This document shows, piece after piece, positions 57,220 to 64,000 of a DNA stretch of 64,000 nucleotides. The position numbers were made by a program, and so were the translations under genes. Location of the stretch: positions 170,363 through 234,362 of the forward strand of contig CAZRXG010000001.1 of the NCBI GenBank assembly GCA_964603985.1, read 5' to 3'. The notes beneath the pieces were generated by a model. It saw nothing but the letters and a program-made list of their open reading frames with translations. It was not told where the DNA came from and made no database searches. How positions within the stretch are numbered: position 1 is the stretch's first letter; each line of letters begins with the position of its first letter. Origin of the DNA: an uncultured Anaerolineae bacterium (GTDB lineage Bacteria > Chloroflexota > Anaerolineae > Aggregatilineales > UBA3940).

Positions 57220-59570
57220 GGCAATTCCTTCCCAGAACTCCCGGAACTGTCGTCCGACACGCAGGGCAACCTGAGGTGGAACGTGGTTCCGCTCTGGCCA
57301 TCACTTTCGACAGTGATGGAACCGCCAAGCCGCGTCATGAGCATCTTAACCCACCACAGGCCAAATCCCAGTTTCCCCGCGTGAGCCGAGGGATGCCCGG
57401 AGAAGTTGAACTCGAAGATATGGCCGTGCAGCTCAGGTGCGATGCCGGGACCGGTGTCACTGACCTCAATTCTCACGTCATCCCGGCGGATCGTCCCCCG
57501 GATCGTCACAATGCCAGTGTCGTTCATGGCATGGGTTGCATTCTCCAGCAGGTTGGTGAAGACCAGCCTCAGGCTTTGCCTCCCTGCCTTGACGGGGGGG
57601 AGACCGTCCAGGTCCTCGATCCGGATACGCACGCCCGGCGGCAGATCGATCGTCGAAATGGCCTCCTGCACGCACGCCGCCAAGTCGACCGGCACCAGGG
57701 TGATCGGGCGTAACAGAGCCAGGTTTTCCTGAACCACTCTCATCGCCTCACGCGCGCCCTCTTCAATCTCGGCCAGATTGGTCGCTAGATAGGAATCGGC
57801 CACCAGAGCGGCCTGGCATTTGTCCTGGATGCCCTGCACGCGCACCGGGATGATGCCTACCTTGTTGTTGAGCTGGTGCAGCAGGTTGGCCGCGATGTCG
57901 CCTAAAGCGGCGAAGGTCTCGGCTACAGTCCGCTGGTCTTGGGCTGCCTGCAGGGCCTCCTGGCGGGCGGCGTCGAGGACGGCAAAGGTGGCGTAGTCGG
58001 CCAGGATCGTGAGCACTTTCTTGATCCATTCCGACTCGGCTAAGCGCCTGGGGTCGTCGTCGACGCAGTAGACGCTGAAGGCGCCGATCGGCTCCTGGTC
58101 TTCATTGGCCTGCAGAGGTACAACAAGAGCGCGTGTCCATCCCTGGGCACGCGCCAGATCAGACTGGTAAAACCGGGGATCGGTTTGCACGTCGTCGGAC
58201 AGAACCGCCTGCCGCCTGAGAACTGCCTGCCCCACAAGGCTGCGCCGAAGCGGTACGTGGTCCCTGTGCTCATGTCCAGCATTGGCTGCCTGCAAGACCA
58301 GCCGGTCGTCCTCAAGGACCCAGATCGCGACGTCCGCCGCGTTGAGCAGTTCGGCGGCCAACTCTGCCAGACGCTCCAGCACCTGCTTCTGTGGCTCGGT
58401 CAGCAGACGTTCGGCGATCTCCTTCAGGGCGTCCAGGAGGAGCACTTCCTGGATGGCGATCACCGCCTGGGTTGCCAGCGCCTGGAGCAGGAGCTTATCC
58501 TGTTTGCTGAAGGCGTTTGGTGTGGGACTTTCCAGGTTCAGCACCCCCTGCAGGCGGCCCGAGGCGTTGATCAGGGGCACCGCCAGCTCAGAGCGCATCT
58601 CCAGGTCGTGGTCGAAGGGACAATAGATGCTGGCCCAGGGTTCAACCCGCAGGTCGGGAATGCACACGGCCTGGCGGTGTCCGGCCACCCAGGTCGTTAT
58701 GCTCGGTGAGTTGAGGGGGATGTTATCCGTAAACGGGCGGCTGAGCCGCTCGCCCGCCATGACCGCGATGGTCAGGCACTTGCCTTTCTCATCCACAAGC
58801 CAGAAGTTTCCGTATTGGGCACCGGTTACGTCCAGCGCCATCTGGAGGATGGCCTCCAGCGTCTCCTCCAGGCGCAGACGGGAGGAGATCAGCAGCCCTG
58901 CCCGGTGCAGGCGGGCCACTTCGTCCTCTCGACGCGCGAGGTCGCGCTGTATGCTGGTCATCTGGCGCGCGTGGTAGATCGCCATGGCAGCCTGATTAAC
59001 GAAGTTCTCCAGCAGCAGCAGTTCCAGATCACTGAATTCACGGTCGTCGTGCAGATAGACGTACAGCGCCCCTACGGCCTGCTCGGCGACGACCAGCGGG
59101 AAGCACGCCACGGCCTTGGCCCCCGCATCGATCTTAACGGGATGGATGTCCAGCCCCTCCTCCTCATAGGAAAGGATGCGACGGCGCTGGTTGATGGCGC
59201 GGTTTCCCATCCCGTTGGGCCGGGGTTCGTCACCGGGAACCGGGGGCGTCTGTTCGCCTGCGGAAACGCGAGAGGAGGGGGCGAAGGCCCGGTGAGTATG
59301 GTCGTAGGTATAAATCACAGCCGAAGTGCCGGGCACGACTTTGATGGCGCTCTGTACGATCAGGGGCAGCGCAGCTTCAATGCTGGCCGAGTCGCCTGGC
59401 TCGATATCGTTGATGGCTGAGCCGATCTCGTTGAGACTAGCCAGCGCGTTTAACAGTTGCGGGTGGGCTTTGTATACACCGCTCATTTGCAGTCGGTCCG
59501 CTAACTCTACCTGATTCGCTGAGGCCCGATTATTACCCACCCGCCTTCTAATGGCAATGTCTTGTTGCAT
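57216..59570 (-). CDS. cytoplasmic triple-GAF sensor histidine kinase
   Basis: Three GAF repeats; H-box LLHQLNN, NLLENA, DTGPGI, GFGLW; start codon uncertain. Confidence 0.88.
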   Translation of the reverse strand: MQQDIAIRRRVGNNRASANQVELADRLQMSGVYKAHPQLLNALASLNEIGSAINDIEPGDSASIEAALPLIVQSAIKVVPGTSAVIYTYDHTHRAFAPSSRVSAGEQTPPVPGDEPRPNGMGNRAINQRRRILSYEEEGLDIHPVKIDAGAKAVACFPLVVAEQAVGALYVYLHDDREFSDLELLLLENFVNQAAMAIYHARQMTSIQRDLARREDEVARLHRAGLLISSRLRLEETLEAILQMALDVTGAQYGNFWLVDEKGKCLTIAVMAGERLSRPFTDNIPLNSPSITTWVAGHRQAVCIPDLRVEPWASIYCPFDHDLEMRSELAVPLINASGRLQGVLNLESPTPNAFSKQDKLLLQALATQAVIAIQEVLLLDALKEIAERLLTEPQKQVLERLAELAAELLNAADVAIWVLEDDRLVLQAANAGHEHRDHVPLRRSLVGQAVLRRQAVLSDDVQTDPRFYQSDLARAQGWTRALVVPLQANEDQEPIGAFSVYCVDDDPRRLAESEWIKKVLTILADYATFAVLDAARQEALQAAQDQRTVAETFAALGDIAANLLHQLNNKVGIIPVRVQGIQDKCQAALVADSYLATNLAEIEEGAREAMRVVQENLALLRPITLVPVDLAACVQEAISTIDLPPGVRIRIEDLDGLPPVKAGRQSLRLVFTNLLENATHAMNDTGIVTIRGTIRRDDVRIEVSDTGPGIAPELHGHIFEFNFSGHPSAHAGKLGFGLWWVKMLMTRLGGSITVESDGQSGTTFHLRLPCVSDDSSGSSGKELP

Positions 59571-59571
59571 G

Positions 59572-59722
59572 TTGCTCTCGTGACGCGTGAATGGGTGCGG
59601 TGTAAGCCGCCTCCCCTATGGCCTTCGGACGGCTACTATTTTAGGGGGAGAGGACAGCCGGAACCATTACCCGAATGGGTCATTCCACCCCTAGCGGGCC
59701 TGGAATCAAATCACGAGAGCAA
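59572..59722 (-). other. multi-hairpin element closed by a perfect 12-bp inverted repeat (structured leader or MITE-like)
   Basis: TTGCTCTCGTGA (59572-59583) / TCACGAGAGCAA (59711-59722) enclosing several internal stems. Confidence 0.4.
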
Positions 59723-59750
59723 AGGTAAAGCGGAAAGCCGGTCGGGGAAC

Positions 59751-61142
59751 TTAGAAGCGGCTGCCCGGATTACGGTCTGAAAGCCGTTCCCTGGCCAAGG
59801 CAATCTGCCGGGCAACGGCGTCGGGAGCCGTGCCCCCGGTGAGGGCCCGGCGGGATACGGCCCGCTCGAAGTCAAATATCGCCTCAACGTCCGCCCCGAA
59901 GGCATGATGCTCGGCGCGCAGATCTTTCGGCGCAAGCTGGGACAGTGATATCTCTCGCTCCTCGGCTTGCTTCACCAGACGGCCCACCACCTGATGGGCC
60001 TCCCTGAAGGGCACGCCGCGCTCGACCAGGTAGTCCGCAAGGTCGGTGGCCAACATCCCCTCATCCAGTGCGGCAAGCATTGCCTCGCCGTCGGGGATCA
60101 GCGTATCGACGACGCCGCTCAGCACCGGCAGAGTCAGACTCAGCGTATCGACGGCGTCGAAGAGCGGCTCTTTGTCCTCCTGCAGATCCTTGTTGTAGGT
60201 TAACGGCAGCCCCTTCAGCACGACCATCATGCCGATCAATGTGCCGATCAACCGCCCGCTCTTGCCACGCGCCAGCTCAAGCGAGTCGGGGTTCCGCTTC
60301 TGGGGCATCAGGCTGGAGCCGGTCGCGTAGGCTTCCCCGACTGACACGAAGCGATAGCCAGGGCCGCTGAACACGATCAGGTCTTCTGCCAACCGGCTGG
60401 CGTGCAGCCCGATCAGCGCACCGGCGAAGAGAAACTCGGCCACAAAGTCCCGGTCGCTGACCGCGTCGAGGCTGTTCTGGGTGACGGCCTCCATCCCCAA
60501 CGCGGCGGCCAGCGCCTCACGGTCGATGGGAAACGGATTCCCGGCCAACGCGCCCGCGCCAAGCGGGCAGACTGCCGTTCGTCGTCGGCAGTCTGCCAGC
60601 CGGTCACGGTCACGCTCAAACATCCAGAAATAGCTCATCAGCCAGTGGCCGAAAAGCACCGGCTGGGCCGGTTGCAGGTGGGTGTAGCCCGGCATGATTA
60701 GGTCGAGGTGCGCCTCGGCCTTCTCGACGATGGCCGTTTGCAGCCGGTTCAGGTCGTGCTGAACCTGTGCAATGGCCTCCACCAGCCACAGGCGCAGGTC
60801 GACGGCCACTTGGTCGTTGCGGCTGCGCCCGGTGTGGAGTTTGCCTGCCGCCGGGCCGATCAATTCCGTCAATCGGCGCTCGACGGCGGTGTGGATGTCT
60901 TCGTCGGTCGGCTGCGGCGCGAAATCTCCCGTCTCGAACTCGCCCCTGACCTGCTCCAGCCCGGCGACGATGGCAGCGTGCTCATCTTCGCTCAGCAGGT
61001 CAATCTGCCGCAGTGCGCCCGCGTAGGCAACGCTGCCCTGGATGTCGGCTGCATACAGGCGCTGGTCGAAGGCGAAACTGTCGTTGAAGCGCTGCATCAA
61101 CTCATCTACGTCACCCTCGAAGCGGCCACCCCATAACTTCAT
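59751..61142 (-). CDS. argH: argininosuccinate lyase
   Basis: MKLWGGRF, LHTGRSRNDQ, MPGYTHLQPAQP, GSSLMPQKRNPD, YNKDLQEDK. Confidence 0.96.
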   Translation of the reverse strand: MKLWGGRFEGDVDELMQRFNDSFAFDQRLYAADIQGSVAYAGALRQIDLLSEDEHAAIVAGLEQVRGEFETGDFAPQPTDEDIHTAVERRLTELIGPAAGKLHTGRSRNDQVAVDLRLWLVEAIAQVQHDLNRLQTAIVEKAEAHLDLIMPGYTHLQPAQPVLFGHWLMSYFWMFERDRDRLADCRRRTAVCPLGAGALAGNPFPIDREALAAALGMEAVTQNSLDAVSDRDFVAEFLFAGALIGLHASRLAEDLIVFSGPGYRFVSVGEAYATGSSLMPQKRNPDSLELARGKSGRLIGTLIGMMVVLKGLPLTYNKDLQEDKEPLFDAVDTLSLTLPVLSGVVDTLIPDGEAMLAALDEGMLATDLADYLVERGVPFREAHQVVGRLVKQAEEREISLSQLAPKDLRAEHHAFGADVEAIFDFERAVSRRALTGGTAPDAVARQIALARERLSDRNPGSRF

Positions 61143-61158
61143 TGAGCGTTCTTCCTCC

Positions 61159-62424
<1,266 letters not shown>

Positions 62425-62496
62425 GTCAACTGCTCCTTATGGTTGGTAAATAGACCCTTGTGAGATAGCGCAGGGTGCTGTACCCCTCGGCGGCAC

Positions 62497-63690
62497 TCAC
62501 GTCCGGTAATGCCCGTTGATGGTCACATACTCGTGGCTGAGGTCACACGTCCAGACGATGGCCGACGCGCCGCCCAGCCCCAGGTCGAGCCGCAGGCCCC
62601 ACTCATCGCCCTGCATGAGCGCGATGGCGACCGGCTCGTCGTAGTCGAGCGGCTGGCCGTCTGCGACAAGCTGGATCGCCTCCCGGCCGTCCACGTCGAG
62701 CAGCCAGAGGGCCAGCCTGTCCGGGTCAATATCGACGCCTGAATAGCCCGCCGCGCACACGACGCGCCCCCAGTTTGGGTCGCCACCGTAGAAGGCCGTT
62801 TTGCACAGCGGCGAAGCGGCGATGCTGTGCGCGACCGCATTGGCTGCCTCCACGTCGGGCGCGCCGCTCGCCTGCACGGTGACGAACTTGGTCGCGCCCT
62901 CGCCATCACGGACGATGGCCTGGGCCAGCGCGGTGCACACCCGGCCCAGCGCACTGGCAAACGCCTCGTCGGCCTCGCCGACCTCCACGCCGGACGCGCC
63001 GTTGGCGAGCAGCAGCACGGTGTCATTGGTGCTCATGTCTCCATCAACCACGATGCGGTTGAAGCTGAGGTCGGCGGCGCGCTTCAGTGCCCTTTGCAGG
63101 CCATCCACCCCGAAGGAGGGCGCTGCGTCGGTGGCGATCACTGCCAGCATCGTCGCCATGTGGGGGGCGATCATGCCCGCGCCTTTGGCGAGGCCCGTGA
63201 TGGTGTATCCCGCCTCGACGGTGACGCTGGCGAGCTTGGGGCGCGTGTCGGTCGTCATGACGGCACGGACTGCGTCCTCCCAGCCATCGGCGTGCAGATG
63301 CCGTGCCGCCGCCTCGATACCGGGCACGATCACGTCCATCGACATTGGCAGGCCAATCACACCCGTCGAGAGCACCAGCACCTCGTCTGGCTGGCAGCCG
63401 AGCGCGGCAGCCGTGTGCCGGGCCATCGCGCGCGCGTCTGCCATGCCCTGGTCGCCCGTGCAGGCGTTGGCGTTGCCCGCGTTGGCGACGACGGCGCGCA
63501 CTTGCGTACCGGTGGCCAGCACAGCCTGGTCGTAAAGCACCGGTGCGGCCTTGACGCAGTTGGTTGTGAACACGCCCGCCGCCACGCAGGGGACATCGCT
63601 GGTGACCAGCGCCAGATCCTTCAGGCTGCCGGGCTTAAGGCCGCAGTGCACTCCCGCCAGCCTGAATCCTTCGACCGGTTGAGGGTTCAT
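62497..63690 (-). CDS. argJ: bifunctional glutamate N-acetyltransferase/amino-acid acetyltransferase ArgJ
   Basis: AGVFTTN, NAGNANACTG, STGVIG, MTTDT, KGAGMIAPHMATML, DGDMSTND, DGEGATK, DPNWGR. Confidence 0.96.
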   Translation of the reverse strand: MNPQPVEGFRLAGVHCGLKPGSLKDLALVTSDVPCVAAGVFTTNCVKAAPVLYDQAVLATGTQVRAVVANAGNANACTGDQGMADARAMARHTAAALGCQPDEVLVLSTGVIGLPMSMDVIVPGIEAAARHLHADGWEDAVRAVMTTDTRPKLASVTVEAGYTITGLAKGAGMIAPHMATMLAVIATDAAPSFGVDGLQRALKRAADLSFNRIVVDGDMSTNDTVLLLANGASGVEVGEADEAFASALGRVCTALAQAIVRDGEGATKFVTVQASGAPDVEAANAVAHSIAASPLCKTAFYGGDPNWGRVVCAAGYSGVDIDPDRLALWLLDVDGREAIQLVADGQPLDYDEPVAIALMQGDEWGLRLDLGLGGASAIVWTCDLSHEYVTINGHYRT

Positions 63691-64000
63691 GTCCGCTGCC
63701 CGTTGCCTGACTCCGGCAGCGCGAGCCGGTAGATCAGCGCCACCTCGTCACACGCATCTTTGAAGGGACAGGGTTCACAGTCGCGCCAGACCTTTTCGGG
63801 GAAGTTGGCGACGAGATCGCGCCGGAAGTCGAGCCGCTCAAACAGGCTGACTGAGCGCGTCAGCGCCAGGACACGCCCCATGCCGCGCTCCCTGGCGAGG
63901 TCGATTGCCGCCCGCACGAGCGCGCTGCCCAACCCGTGTCCGCGCACGGTGGGGTGGACGGCCAGCGAGCGCACCTCGCATAGTTCACCGTCGAAGAAGA
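63687..64000 (-). CDS. argA: GNAT N-acetyltransferase, short ArgA-like (5' truncated by window)
   Basis: EVRSLAV..RGHGLG, FPEKVWRDCEPCP..CDEVAL; overlaps the argJ start. Confidence 0.8.
   Translation of the reverse strand, partial: FFDGELCEVRSLAVHPTVRGHGLGSALVRAAIDLARERGMGRVLALTRSVSLFERLDFRRDLVANFPEKVWRDCEPCPFKDACDEVALIYRLALPESGNGQRT

Overview
GC-rich bacterial chromosomal window, probably Chloroflexota/Anaerolineae (inferred from gene repertoire and lipoprotein style, not proven). Left part is anaerobic energy metabolism: a response regulator/cNMP-histidine kinase pair followed by an hdrL-mvhD-metV-metF-hdrCB operon, in which mvhD is a probable selenoprotein (in-frame TGA plus SECIS hairpin) missed by the ORF track; a DosS/DosR-like heme-sensor pair; back-to-back Vor/Kor-type and Por-type 2-oxoacid:ferredoxin oxidoreductase operons; an ECF sigma-ogt pair; a LysR gene under a Rex-like operator; a corrinoid protein plus non-pyrrolysine MttB methyltransferase; and a SulP transporter. 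The middle has a Rieske/cytochrome b operon whose cytochrome b is split at an unusual point (helices A-C fused to a cytochrome c; the remainder carried by a lipoprotein-signal gene), divergent from a probable nine-heme cytochrome. Housekeeping follows: dnaX-ebfC-recR, clpC, and rpmH-rnpA-yidD-(beta-propeller lipoprotein)-yidC-jag. The right part has a LacI-controlled sugar ABC/Leloir (galTEK) cluster, tRNA-Ile2 and tRNA-Gly, a two-component pair, and arginine genes. I found no CRISPR array, transposase, integrase or rRNA.
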